Source of the DNA: Candidatus Falkowbacteria bacterium GW2011_GWF2_43_32
GTDB lineage: Bacteria; Patescibacteriota; Patescibacteriia; Patescibacteriales; UBA12465
Direction of reading: 5' to 3'
DNA: 64,000 nt
Assembly (NCBI GenBank): GCA_000999715.1
Contig: LCGL01000001.1
Span: 3,139-67,138 of the forward strand
Within the stretch, counting starts at the first letter, position 1. Every line of letters begins with the position of its first letter. Below, piece by piece: positions 40,293 through 50,008 of this stretch. The notes under the pieces were generated by a model. It saw only the letters and a program-made list of their open reading frames with translations. It was not told the origin of the DNA and did no database searches. A program made the translations under genes and the position numbers.

Positions 40293-40643
40293 TTATACTA
40301 ATTCAATTTGAACTATTTCCGCTCCGTCTCCGGCGCGCACGCCCAATTTAACGATTCGGGTATAGCCGCCCGGACGACTCTTATAACGGACACCGAGAAC
40401 TTCAATCGCTTTCTTGACCGCGTTTTTTTGCAATAAAACCTTAATCAAACCGCGACGAGCGTTCAAATCGCCGGCTTTGGCGGCCGTAATCGCTCTTTCC
40501 ACCAAAGGACGAACAACCGCCGCTTTCGCTTTGGTGGTTTTGACCTTTTCGTATATTAAAATGCTGGACGCCAAATTGCGTAACATCAATTCACGCGGCG
40601 CTTTCTTTCTGTCTAAAATTTTATTTTTATTTCGGTGACGCAT
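40293..40643 (-). CDS. rplQ: 50S ribosomal protein L17
   Basis: MRHR, RPGGYTRI, GDGAE. Confidence 0.96.
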   Translation of the reverse strand: MRHRNKNKILDRKKAPRELMLRNLASSILIYEKVKTTKAKAAVVRPLVERAITAAKAGDLNARRGLIKVLLQKNAVKKAIEVLGVRYKSRPGGYTRIVKLGVRAGDGAEIVQIELV

Positions 40644-40654
40644 AATGGCAATGA

Positions 40655-41512
40655 TTATTTTTTGGTTTTCTTCTTAACTTCCTTTTTTTCTTTTTTGGCT
40701 TTTTTGGCCTCCTTGTCTTCATGAGAATCTTCAGTCGTCGTCCGATCGTCGACCGTTTCTTCAAGCTCCGCCGTCGCTTCTTCCGTCGACTCGGCCGCAA
40801 TTTCCGCCGGCAAAGCCTCGCCGGAACTCAAAGCCAATAAAGAATCAAACTGCTCCACCAAAATCTTGACCGCGCCCGTAAACGCTTCTTGCGGCGTCAT
40901 CGTACCGTCGGTCTTAACGTTTAAAATCAATTTGTCCCAATTGGTCATCTTGCCGACACGGGTATTTTCAATATTGATGCTCACCAGCACGACCGGAGAA
41001 AAGATGGAATCGATTTCAATATAACCGATTTCCCGATTTTCTTTTTTGGCTCCTTCGGTCATCTTGTAACCGCGTCCTTCCCGCGCGAAAATTTCCATTT
41101 CCAAACTGCCGGCTTCATCGGTGATATGCGCCAAAACCAAATCCGGATTCTTGATTTCCACGTTGGAATTCTTGACGATATCGCCCGCGGTCACCGCTTT
41201 TTTTCCTTTAACCTTCAGCTCCAAGCGCACTTCTTCTTCGGAGAAAAATTTCAAACGCAGTTGCTTTAAATTTAAAATCATTTCCAAAACATCCTCTTTG
41301 ACATGCGGCAAAGCCATAAATTCATGACTGGCACCTTTAATCTTTACGCCGATGACGGCCGCACCCGGCAAAGACGACAATAAAACGCGACGCAAAGAAT
41401 TGCCTAGAGTCATGCCATAACCCGGAAACAAAGGTTCAACCGTAATGACGCCTTCGTGCAGATTACTGCCGGCATTAAACTCGATTTTTTTAGGATTAGC
41501 AATGTTTTGCAT
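40655..41512 (-). CDS. rpoA: RNA polymerase subunit alpha (alpha-CTD apparently absent)
   Basis: EPLFPGYGMTLGNSLRRVLLSS, IDSIFSPV, TDGT. Confidence 0.95.
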   Translation of the reverse strand: MQNIANPKKIEFNAGSNLHEGVITVEPLFPGYGMTLGNSLRRVLLSSLPGAAVIGVKIKGASHEFMALPHVKEDVLEMILNLKQLRLKFFSEEEVRLELKVKGKKAVTAGDIVKNSNVEIKNPDLVLAHITDEAGSLEMEIFAREGRGYKMTEGAKKENREIGYIEIDSIFSPVVLVSINIENTRVGKMTNWDKLILNVKTDGTMTPQEAFTGAVKILVEQFDSLLALSSGEALPAEIAAESTEEATAELEETVDDRTTTEDSHEDKEAKKAKKEKKEVKKKTKK

Positions 41513-41521
41513 ATTATTTTT

Positions 41522-42151
41522 TTATTTTGAATAATATTCGATGATAACCTGCACATTGAAATTTTGCGGCAAATCGGCGTCTTTAGGTTCATGCAAAATT
41601 TTGGCGCTTAACTCCGCACCGTCAAAATTCAACCAACTCGGCCGTTCCGCTTGTTTCAATTTTTCCCCCAAATTTTTAAAATATTTATTGTCTTGATGAC
41701 CTTTTTTGATTTTGATCACCTGACCGGTCTTGACGAGGAACGACGGCGCGCTGGCGCGCTTGTCATTGACCGTAAAATGGCCATGAGCGACCAACTGTCT
41801 GGCTTGCGCCCGGGAAGTCGCCCAGCCGAGACGATAAATGGTGTTATCCAAACGCATCTCCATGGCGCGCAAGAAATTTTTTCCGGCATCGCCGGCCTTT
41901 TTGGTGGCTTTGGTGAAAGTCAGACGAAACTGCTTCTCGCCCAAACCGTAAAATTTCTTGGCTTTTTGTTTTTCCAAAAGTTGCAAACCGTAACCGCTCA
42001 AGCGCTTGTGCCCTTTCGGACCGTGAAAACCGGGAGCGTAGTTTCGTTTAATCATCGCACATTTCGGGCCGGAGCAACGCTCTCCTTTCAAAAACAGCTT
42101 TTCACCGACGCGACGACATTGTTTACATTTATTATCAATATTCCTTCCCAT
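41522..42151 (-). CDS. rpsD: 30S ribosomal protein S4
   Basis: CKQCRR, EMRLDN, ARQLVAHGH, IIEYYSK. Confidence 0.97.
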   Translation of the reverse strand: MGRNIDNKCKQCRRVGEKLFLKGERCSGPKCAMIKRNYAPGFHGPKGHKRLSGYGLQLLEKQKAKKFYGLGEKQFRLTFTKATKKAGDAGKNFLRAMEMRLDNTIYRLGWATSRAQARQLVAHGHFTVNDKRASAPSFLVKTGQVIKIKKGHQDNKYFKNLGEKLKQAERPSWLNFDGAELSAKILHEPKDADLPQNFNVQVIIEYYSK

Positions 42152-42157
42152 AGTGTT

Positions 42158-42754
42158 TTAAACCCGGCGGGGTTTTTTAGGCCGACAGCCATTATGCGGC
42201 ACCGGCGTCATATCTTTAATAGCGGAAACGTTTAAATTATTGGCATTCAAAGCGCGAATGGCCGCTTCCCGACCGGTTCCGACACCGGAAACAAAAACGC
42301 TCACCTCTTCCAAACCGTATTCTTCGCGCGCTTTCTGAGCGGCGATTTTGGTAATGATTTGTGCGGCATAAGGAGTGGCCTTTTTGGCCCCCTTGAATCC
42401 GGCCAAACCGGCACTGGCCCAAGAAATAACATCACCGTTGGTATCCGTTAAAGTGATAATGGTGTTATTATAAGTCGCCTGAATATAAGCCCGACCGACT
42501 TTGACGATTCTGGCCACTTTCTTCTTTTTCTTTTTGATTAATTTTTTCTTGGCGCGGGCCGCTTTATTTTTTTCCAGTTTCTGTTTGATTTCTTCCGGCA
42601 ATTCTTCCACTTCGGAATCAAAAGAAAACTCGGCGCCTTCATCCGCCGTGTTTTTTTTAGTCTTTTCTTCGGCTTCCGCCGCCAAAACGGTGTTCGGAGT
42701 ATCGGTCTCTACCGCCGCTTTTTCCTTTTCCGTTGTTTTAACTTCTTCAGACAT
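42158..42754 (-). CDS. rpsK: 30S ribosomal protein S11 with N-terminal extension
   Basis: [24 protein letters not shown]. Confidence 0.96.
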   Translation of the reverse strand: MSEEVKTTEKEKAAVETDTPNTVLAAEAEEKTKKNTADEGAEFSFDSEVEELPEEIKQKLEKNKAARAKKKLIKKKKKKVARIVKVGRAYIQATYNNTIITLTDTNGDVISWASAGLAGFKGAKKATPYAAQIITKIAAQKAREEYGLEEVSVFVSGVGTGREAAIRALNANNLNVSAIKDMTPVPHNGCRPKKPRRV

Positions 42755-42773
42755 ATTTTATCTTTTAATAATC

Positions 42774-43169
42774 TTAGGTTTTCTGCAGGCCGGCCTTGCT
42801 CTTGCCGCTACCCATGGTCACGCGCTTATTGCCGCGAACCGTTCGGCTATTGGTTTTGGTGCGTTGACCGCGAACCGGCAAATGCTTTAAATGACGCAAA
42901 CCGCGATAACAGCCGATTTCTTTCAAACGTTTGATGTTGCTTTGCACTTCCCGACGCAGATCGCCTTCCACCGTGTGTTTCTTTTCTATAATTTCCCGTA
43001 AAGTGTTCACATCGGCTTCGGCCAAATCTTTGACCCGAGTATCCGGATTGACTTTCGCCGTCGCCAAAATCTTCTGAGCGCGGCTGCGGCCGACTCCATA
43101 AATATAGGTTAAAGCGATTGCAATTCTTTTTTCGTTGGGGATATTAACTCCCGCAATTCTGACTGCCAT
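42774..43169 (-). CDS. rpsM: 30S ribosomal protein S13
   Basis: [25 protein letters not shown]. Confidence 0.97.
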   Translation of the reverse strand: MAVRIAGVNIPNEKRIAIALTYIYGVGRSRAQKILATAKVNPDTRVKDLAEADVNTLREIIEKKHTVEGDLRREVQSNIKRLKEIGCYRGLRHLKHLPVRGQRTKTNSRTVRGNKRVTMGSGKSKAGLQKT

Positions 43170-43194
43170 AAGTTATGAATAAGGTATAAAAAAA

Positions 43195-43308
43195 TTACCC
43201 TTGTCTTTGTTTGTGTTTAGGGTTCTTACAAATAACGCGGACCCGACCTTGGCGCCGCACTACTTTACAATCTTTACAGATTTTTTTAACGCTGGCTCGT
43301 ACCTTCAT
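43195..43308 (-). CDS. rpmJ: 50S ribosomal protein L36 (not in the ORF track)
   Basis: Manual translation [37 protein letters not shown]. Confidence 0.95.
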   Translation of the reverse strand: MKVRASVKKICKDCKVVRRQGRVRVICKNPKHKQRQG

Positions 43309-43329
43309 ATTTAAAATTGATTACAATTG

Positions 43330-43587
43330 TCACATGCGATAAGTGATCCGCCCCTTGGTTAAATCATAAGGACTGATCTGCAATTTTACTTTATCGCCGG
43401 GCAAAAGACGAATCTTATTCATTCTCATTTTCCCGGAGAGATGCGCCAAAATCTGATGTCCGTTTTCCAGCGCTACTTTAAAGCTGGCGGCCGGCATCAA
43501 CTCCAACACTTCTCCTTGCATTTCAATAAAATCTTTAGCATTAAGAGTGGCGGAACTGTCGTTATTATTTTCTCGTTTGTTTGACAT
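43330..43587 (-). CDS. infA: Translation initiation factor IF-1
   Basis: [21 protein letters not shown]...[13 protein letters not shown]. Confidence 0.96.
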   Translation of the reverse strand: MSNKRENNNDSSATLNAKDFIEMQGEVLELMPAASFKVALENGHQILAHLSGKMRMNKIRLLPGDKVKLQISPYDLTKGRITYRM

Positions 43588-43680
43588 TAACACAAAAAAA
43601 TTTGATAAAGATCATCTCACTTTATCAAAATTCTTTATAAAGTTATTTAAGTTTATTTTTATAATAATCTTAATAAAATT

Positions 43681-43709
43681 ATTATAGAGATAAGATTAGG
43701 AATTGTCAA
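43681..43709 (-). promoter_or_regulatory. Consensus sigma70 promoter for the infA-alpha operon
   Basis: TTGACA-17 bp-TATAAT on the minus strand. Confidence 0.8.
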
Positions 43710-43749
43710 GAGTCAATCGGCCGACGAAACTCGTTTAATTTTAGCCGTA

Positions 43750-45564
43750 TTATTCTAATATCGCTTTTATCCGTCTGACCCCGGCGCTGGAGGCCTCTTC
43801 TTTCTGAATTTTAAAATGCCCCAAATCGCCGATTGCCTGCACATGCGGACCGCCGCAAATTTCTTGGGAAAAAGCCTGAGCAAAATTAATTTGCCCGGAA
43901 TCGTCCGCAAGACCGATCGTATACACTTTCACTCTTTCTCCGTATTTTGAATCAAAAACTCCCATGGCGCCACGTTTTTTAGCCTCTTCCAAGAAAAGCT
44001 CTTCGCAAGAAACCCGAAGATTTTGAGCAATCGCTCCGTTAACGTCATCTTCCACTTCTTTAATTTGTGCCGGCGTCAATTTATCGGGATGAGAAAAGTC
44101 CAAACGCAGTCTTTCCGGCGTAATATTGCTTCCCTTCTGCAAGACATGCTCGCCGAGAGTCTTGCGCAAGGCGGCCAACAACAGATGAGCGGCGGTATGC
44201 AATTTAACCGTTCCCTCGCCGGCATCGGCCAAGCCGCCCTTGAATTTTCCGGCGGCGGCGGTGCGAGAAAGTTCTTGATGCTTTTGAAGTTCCGCCTCAA
44301 AGCCGTCGCGATCTACCGCAATTTTTTTCTCTTTGGCCAATTCCTCGGTAATTTCCAGAGGAAAACCGTAACTTTGATATAATTTAAAAGCTTCCGCGCC
44401 GCTGATACCGTTCGCCGACAATTTATTGAATTCGGACAAGCCTTTTTCTAAAGTATGACTGAATTTATCTTCTTCCTGATTCAATTTCGTCAAAATAAAT
44501 TCTTGCCGACGCGACAACTCCGGATAAACCGGTTGATAGTCGGCAATAACCGTTCGAGCGATTTCTGTCGTCCAGGAATTTTGTTTGATACCCAATTGCC
44601 GGCCGTGACGAATCGCCCTTCTGATCAAACGACGCACCACATATCCTTGATCCATATTGGACGGCGCCACGCCCTTGTCGTCACCGATGATAAACGTAGC
44701 CGCTTTGAGATGATCGGCGATAATACGCATCACGCGCGTCATTTCCGAATTTTCGTCATAACGATGCCCGCTCAGCTCTTCAATCTTACGGATGAGCCCG
44801 GCAAACAAATCCGTCCGATAATTGTCCTCCAGATTGTTTATGACGGCGACCACTCTTTCCAAACCGAAGCCGGTGTCCACGTTATGTTGCGACAACAATT
44901 CATATTTTCCGGCCGCGTTCTTGTTATATTCCATGAAAACATTGTTCCAAATCTCCACCCAGGCCTCGTGATCATCGTTAAAACCCGACGGCAGGGCCGC
45001 CGCCTCGCCGGTCCAATAAAAAATTTCCGTATCCGGTCCGCAAGGACCGGTCGTCCCGGCCGGACCCCACCAATTGTTTTTCTTGGGGAGTTTGGCGATG
45101 CGCTCTAAAGGCAAATCATTCTGTTTGAATATTTCCGACCAAAGACCATAGGCTTCTTCGTCGAAAGGAACGTCGTCATCGCCGGCAAAAACGGAAACGG
45201 CCAAACGATTTTTGTCTAAATTCAACCACTCGGGACTAGTTAAAAACTCCCAACTGTAAGCGATGGCTTCTTTTTTAAAATAATCGCCCAATGACCAATT
45301 GCCCATCATTTCAAAAAAAGTGTGATGAGTTTTATCGCCAACCTCTTCAATGTCGCCGGTCCGAATGCATTTCTGCGCATTGGTCAAGCGCCGGCCGGCC
45401 GGATGTTTTTCTCCCAAAAGAAAAGGCACGAGCGGATGCATGCCGGCGGTCGTGAATAAAACCGTCGGATCGTTTTCCGGAATTAAAGACGCGCCGGAAA
45501 TCACGGCGTGATTTTTGGCTTTAAAAAAATCTAAATATTTTTGACGCAATTCCAATGAGGTCAT
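43750..45564 (-). CDS. alaS: Alanine--tRNA ligase (compact ~600-aa form)
   Basis: LFTTAGM, HHTFFEMMGNWS, GPCGP, editing HTAAH and CGGPH; start placed at MTSLELR. Confidence 0.95.
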   Translation of the reverse strand: MTSLELRQKYLDFFKAKNHAVISGASLIPENDPTVLFTTAGMHPLVPFLLGEKHPAGRRLTNAQKCIRTGDIEEVGDKTHHTFFEMMGNWSLGDYFKKEAIAYSWEFLTSPEWLNLDKNRLAVSVFAGDDDVPFDEEAYGLWSEIFKQNDLPLERIAKLPKKNNWWGPAGTTGPCGPDTEIFYWTGEAAALPSGFNDDHEAWVEIWNNVFMEYNKNAAGKYELLSQHNVDTGFGLERVVAVINNLEDNYRTDLFAGLIRKIEELSGHRYDENSEMTRVMRIIADHLKAATFIIGDDKGVAPSNMDQGYVVRRLIRRAIRHGRQLGIKQNSWTTEIARTVIADYQPVYPELSRRQEFILTKLNQEEDKFSHTLEKGLSEFNKLSANGISGAEAFKLYQSYGFPLEITEELAKEKKIAVDRDGFEAELQKHQELSRTAAAGKFKGGLADAGEGTVKLHTAAHLLLAALRKTLGEHVLQKGSNITPERLRLDFSHPDKLTPAQIKEVEDDVNGAIAQNLRVSCEELFLEEAKKRGAMGVFDSKYGERVKVYTIGLADDSGQINFAQAFSQEICGGPHVQAIGDLGHFKIQKEEASSAGVRRIKAILE

Positions 45565-45635
45565 ATATTTTAACGCTTCGGAGATCTGCTTGTCCGGCCG
45601 ACAATTCATTGCTCGGAATCCGAAGCAAAGCTTAG

Positions 45636-46655
45636 TTATATTATATTAACTTCTTCTTCCAAATCAATGGCGAATTTTCTTTTGACCGCGGCTTTGACCT
45701 TTCTGACCAAAGCCAAAACTTGCTTAACGTCGGCGCGGCCGTCGTGCACCAAAATCAACGCCTGTTTCTCGTACATGCGGACCGGACCGAACTTCCGCCC
45801 CTTCAAACCGACCGCTTCAATCAGCCAACCGGCCGGAATCTTCATTTTTGTCCGGCCTTCCGGCCAACTTGGTATGGTCGGATATTTTTTTTGCAATTCC
45901 CGAAAATGCGCGCGACTGATAAAAGCGTTTTTGAAAAAAGAGCCGGCGTTAGGCAATACTACGGGATTCGGCAATTTGCTGTGGCGAATCTCTTGAATCG
46001 CGTCAATAATATCGCGTTGCTCGGGATGAGTCAAACCTTTTTCTTGCAATTTTTCGCGCAAAGGGGCATAACCCAAATTAAAGGCCGGACTTTTCTTCAG
46101 CCGCATAGTCACGGAATAAATAAAGTATTTGTTTTTTAAACGACGTTTAAAAATACTATCGCGATAACCGAAGCGACAATCCGACCGCGCAAAAATTTTT
46201 TCATGACCGGTTTTCAAATCCACGGCGCGCAGATGATAAAAAGAATCTTTCAGCTCCACCCCGTAGGCGCCGATATTCTGAATCGGCGCGGCGCCGACCG
46301 TGCCGTAAATCAAAAAAAGATTTTCCAAACCGGATAAACCGCGCTCCACCGTAAAATTGACGAATTTACTCCAAAGCTCTCCGGATTTCGCTTCTACAAA
46401 AGCATAATCTTTATCTTGCTTGATTATTTCTTTGCCTTTAATTTCATTTTTGATAACCAGGCCCTTAATTTTTTTGGCGATTAAAACATTGGAACCGCCG
46501 CCCAAAACCCATAAGGGTTTTTTATGATCGCGTGCCCAGGCAATCGCTTCCGACAAGTCTTCCCGACTGCCGACCAAAGCAAAAAATTCCGCGGCGGCGC
46601 CGATTTTCATGGTGGTATAAGGAGCTAGCGATTTATTTTTTTCAATGGTCAGCAT
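45636..46655 (-). CDS. murB: UDP-N-acetylmuramate dehydrogenase
   Basis: LGGGSNVL, AAPIQNIGAYG, FGYRDSIFK, NAGSFFKN. Confidence 0.95.
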   Translation of the reverse strand: MLTIEKNKSLAPYTTMKIGAAAEFFALVGSREDLSEAIAWARDHKKPLWVLGGGSNVLIAKKIKGLVIKNEIKGKEIIKQDKDYAFVEAKSGELWSKFVNFTVERGLSGLENLFLIYGTVGAAPIQNIGAYGVELKDSFYHLRAVDLKTGHEKIFARSDCRFGYRDSIFKRRLKNKYFIYSVTMRLKKSPAFNLGYAPLREKLQEKGLTHPEQRDIIDAIQEIRHSKLPNPVVLPNAGSFFKNAFISRAHFRELQKKYPTIPSWPEGRTKMKIPAGWLIEAVGLKGRKFGPVRMYEKQALILVHDGRADVKQVLALVRKVKAAVKRKFAIDLEEEVNII

Positions 46656-46714
46656 AAATTAATTATAGTAAAAATCACGCCGCTTAACAATCCGCCCGCC
46701 GAAACGGCCGATCG

Positions 46715-48502
46715 TCAATCCACTTCTCCCATTTTCTGCAATTTTAACAATTCGGCATATAAACCGCCCGAAACTTGTGCCAATTCCCGATGACTACCCT
46801 CTTCGGCCACCCGGCCGTTCTTTAAAACGACAATCTTATCCGCCTGCCGGATAGTGCTTAAACGATGCGCAATAACGATCATGGTCCGATCGCGACTGAT
46901 TTTTTTCATGGCATCCTGAATCAGGACTTCGCTTTGGCTGTCCAAGCTGGAAGTGGCTTCGTCAAAAATCAGCACTCGCGGATTGGCCAAAATGGCGCGA
47001 GCAATGCCGATGCGCTGGCGTTGTCCGCCCGATAATTTGATACCCCGTTCGCCGACCATGGTCTCGTAGCCGTTGGCCAATTTATTGATAAATTCTTCCG
47101 CATTGGCGATTCGGGCGGCCGCCTGGATTTCGGCGCGATCGGCGCGCGGTTTGGCGTAAGCAATATTTTCGGCCACACTCAAATCAAAAATTTCCACTTC
47201 CTGCGGTACGATGGACAAGAATTTGCGGAAACTCGACAAATCATAATCCCGCAAATCCCGACCGTCCAATAAAACTCGGCCAGCTTGCGGATCATAATGA
47301 CGGTAAATCAGGCGCGCCACCGTCGTCTTGCCGCCGCCGGAAGGACCGACCAGGGCCGTCACGCAACCGGAAGTTATTTTAAAATTCAAATTCTTGACCG
47401 CCGGACGCTTGTTGTCGGCATAAGAAAACGAGGCTTGTTCAAATTTTATTTCTCCCTCGATTTTTTTCGGCTTATAAGCGTCGGCCCGATTGACAATCTC
47501 ATTTTCGGCGTTAAATAACACCATCAAGCGATGTACGCCTTCGCGCCCCTCTTCCATCCGATCGTAAAAACGCGACAAACGATAAATGGCATTATATGCA
47601 TGATCGCTCAAAGTAAAAATAAAAATCAAAGTACCGATAGTCATCGAGCCCTGCATCACGAAATAAGCGCCGAACAAAAGCACTGCCACGCGACCGAAAT
47701 CCACCAAAGAATTGCGCCCCAAACCGACTTTCATCATCCAACCCCATTGACGATCTTCGTTATCGCGCAAACGGGCGCGCGTTTTTTCGAACATCGCCAA
47801 CTCGCGATTCTCTTGGACAAAAGACTGGACGGCATTGATATTGATAATCGCTTGCGCCATCTGGCCGGAGGCGATTTCATAATCGCGAAAGATCTGCTTC
47901 CGCACCGAATACATTTTTTTATTGGCCCAATACGTAATGACGATAAAAATTATCGCAAAAAACAAAAATGACAAACCGATACGCCAATCCGTTATCAACA
48001 AAGCGACGCAGGTGGCGACCAGCTGAATCATGGTCGGCAAAGCTTCCCAAAAAACATTGTTTAAAAACTCGGAAATCTTATCCACACCTTTCTCGATCTT
48101 GATAATTTTACTGCCGGTATTTTCGCGCTCGTGATAACCGAGACTCAAATTGACCAATTTTTCCTGGGCTTTCATACCCAAAAAATATTCCGTTTTCACC
48201 AACAAACGTAAAATGCGACGGTCGCCGAGATATTGAATCAAAGAACGAACCTCATCCGTAACCAAATATAAAGCCAATAATTTCAAAAAAAACAGAAAAT
48301 TTCCGGCCGCCAAATTATTCAAGCCGTCAATGACGACTTTCAAAATATACGGTTTGGCCAAATCCAAAAAAGTGGAAATCAAAATAATGGCGGTAATGGA
48401 AAAGAAATATTTCCGAAAAGGACGCAAAAGTTTCCACAGCTCCGACCAGAACTTTTGCCGCTGAGCCGATTTAGCGTGTCGGTTGTTTTTTGTTTCGGGC
48501 AT
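46715..48502 (-). CDS. ABC exporter, fused permease and ATPase (MsbA-like)
   Basis: N-terminal TM domain, GPSGGGKTT, LSGGQRQR, DEATSSLD. Confidence 0.93.
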   Translation of the reverse strand: MPETKNNRHAKSAQRQKFWSELWKLLRPFRKYFFSITAIILISTFLDLAKPYILKVVIDGLNNLAAGNFLFFLKLLALYLVTDEVRSLIQYLGDRRILRLLVKTEYFLGMKAQEKLVNLSLGYHERENTGSKIIKIEKGVDKISEFLNNVFWEALPTMIQLVATCVALLITDWRIGLSFLFFAIIFIVITYWANKKMYSVRKQIFRDYEIASGQMAQAIININAVQSFVQENRELAMFEKTRARLRDNEDRQWGWMMKVGLGRNSLVDFGRVAVLLFGAYFVMQGSMTIGTLIFIFTLSDHAYNAIYRLSRFYDRMEEGREGVHRLMVLFNAENEIVNRADAYKPKKIEGEIKFEQASFSYADNKRPAVKNLNFKITSGCVTALVGPSGGGKTTVARLIYRHYDPQAGRVLLDGRDLRDYDLSSFRKFLSIVPQEVEIFDLSVAENIAYAKPRADRAEIQAAARIANAEEFINKLANGYETMVGERGIKLSGGQRQRIGIARAILANPRVLIFDEATSSLDSQSEVLIQDAMKKISRDRTMIVIAHRLSTIRQADKIVVLKNGRVAEEGSHRELAQVSGGLYAELLKLQKMGEVD

Positions 48503-49985
48503 AAGATGATAATAATCGGTCGCCGACGCGAAAAACGTCGCCGGCTCCCATCAATAACAGCAAATCGCCGTTGCCGAGTTTATTTTTTAAATATTTCACT
48601 GCCGCCGTCATGGACGGAATGTGTTTGACCGTTTGGACAATGCCGTGATTCCGATTATGCACCCGCACCGCCGCCGCCAACTGGCGGCTGGAAGTTCCGC
48701 CCTGTTTTTCTCGCGCCGAACCGTAAATATCCAAAATTATCAATTCGTCGCTGATAATGAAACTGCGCGCGAAGTCCGCAAAAAAAGCTTTAGTACGCGT
48801 AAAAGTATGCGGATGAAAAACCGTCAAAATTTTCCGGTCGGGATAACGATCGCGCAAGCCCTTGAGCGTTTCCCGTATTTCCGTAGGATGATGGGCATAA
48901 TCGTCAATCAGCAAAGTGCCGCGATATTTACCCAAAATTTGCGCTCGTCGTTCCGTTCCCCGAAAAGCGGCCAAATGCTTTTTAATTGCCGACAACGGAA
49001 CCTGCAATTCCCGCGCGGTCGCGATCACGGCCAAGGCATTTAGAATATTATGCTCTCCCCAAAGCGCTATTTCAAAGCGTCCCAAATATTTCGCGCTTCG
49101 GCCGCCCTTTCCCTCGCCACGGCAGACCACCCGAAAAAATTGTCGGCCATTTTCTTTTTGCCAATCATAAGCCAAGTAATCGGCGGCCAAAATTTCGGTA
49201 ATGACCGACATTTTATTGGCGGCGATACTCGCTCCGGTCACCAAATCGTAACTGATGGTCCGACCGCGATTATGCCGTTTGATTTTCCTAATTTCTTGGT
49301 CGCGCCGACTGACAACCAAAAATCCGCGTGCCGGAATTTTCTTAACGAAATCGGCAAAAACTTTCGTATAAGCGGCCGGAGTTTTAAAATAATCCGGGTG
49401 GTCATAATCAATATTGTTCAAAACGACGCCGCGCGGTTGAAAATATTTCAACTTATTCTGATATTCGTCCACTTCGGCGACAAAATATTTGGCTTGACCG
49501 ACCAGGCTACTCCCCTTAAACTGCGGCACCCGAGAACCGACCAAAACATTCGGCTTTTTTCCGGCGCACCATAAAACATAGCCGAGCCAAGCCGTCACCG
49601 TGGTTTTACCGTGACTGCCGCAAACGGCCAGGCCGTAATACTGATTAAAAATTTCCCCCAAAGCTTCCGGGTAAGACAAAACGCGAACATTTTTAAAACG
49701 CGCCGGATTGTTTTTGACAAAAGCCAGCTCCGGATTGTTTTGGAAATTATAAGCCGTGGAATAAATCAACCGATCCAATTTGTCCGGAATATTCCGAGCG
49801 TCAAAAGGCGAAAAAACTTTAATTTTCGCGTCGCGCAAAACCTTGTCGGTTAAAAAAACGTCTTTAATATCGGAACCGCTGACTTTGTTGCCTCGAGACG
49901 CCAAAAATTGCGCCAACATGGTCAGGCCGACGCCCTTGAGGCCGACGAAGTAGATATTTTTATTTTTTTCTTTTTTCTTGGACAT
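48471..49985 (-). CDS. murC: UDP-N-acetylmuramate--L-alanine ligase
   Basis: GSHGKTT, DYDHPD, DDYAHHPTEI, MGAGD. Confidence 0.92.
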   Translation of the reverse strand: MSKKKEKNKNIYFVGLKGVGLTMLAQFLASRGNKVSGSDIKDVFLTDKVLRDAKIKVFSPFDARNIPDKLDRLIYSTAYNFQNNPELAFVKNNPARFKNVRVLSYPEALGEIFNQYYGLAVCGSHGKTTVTAWLGYVLWCAGKKPNVLVGSRVPQFKGSSLVGQAKYFVAEVDEYQNKLKYFQPRGVVLNNIDYDHPDYFKTPAAYTKVFADFVKKIPARGFLVVSRRDQEIRKIKRHNRGRTISYDLVTGASIAANKMSVITEILAADYLAYDWQKENGRQFFRVVCRGEGKGGRSAKYLGRFEIALWGEHNILNALAVIATARELQVPLSAIKKHLAAFRGTERRAQILGKYRGTLLIDDYAHHPTEIRETLKGLRDRYPDRKILTVFHPHTFTRTKAFFADFARSFIISDELIILDIYGSAREKQGGTSSRQLAAAVRVHNRNHGIVQTVKHIPSMTAAVKYLKNKLGNGDLLLLMGAGDVFRVGDRLLSSYARNKKQPTR

Positions 49986-50008
49986 TGTATTATAACCGCC
50001 ACTTTTTA

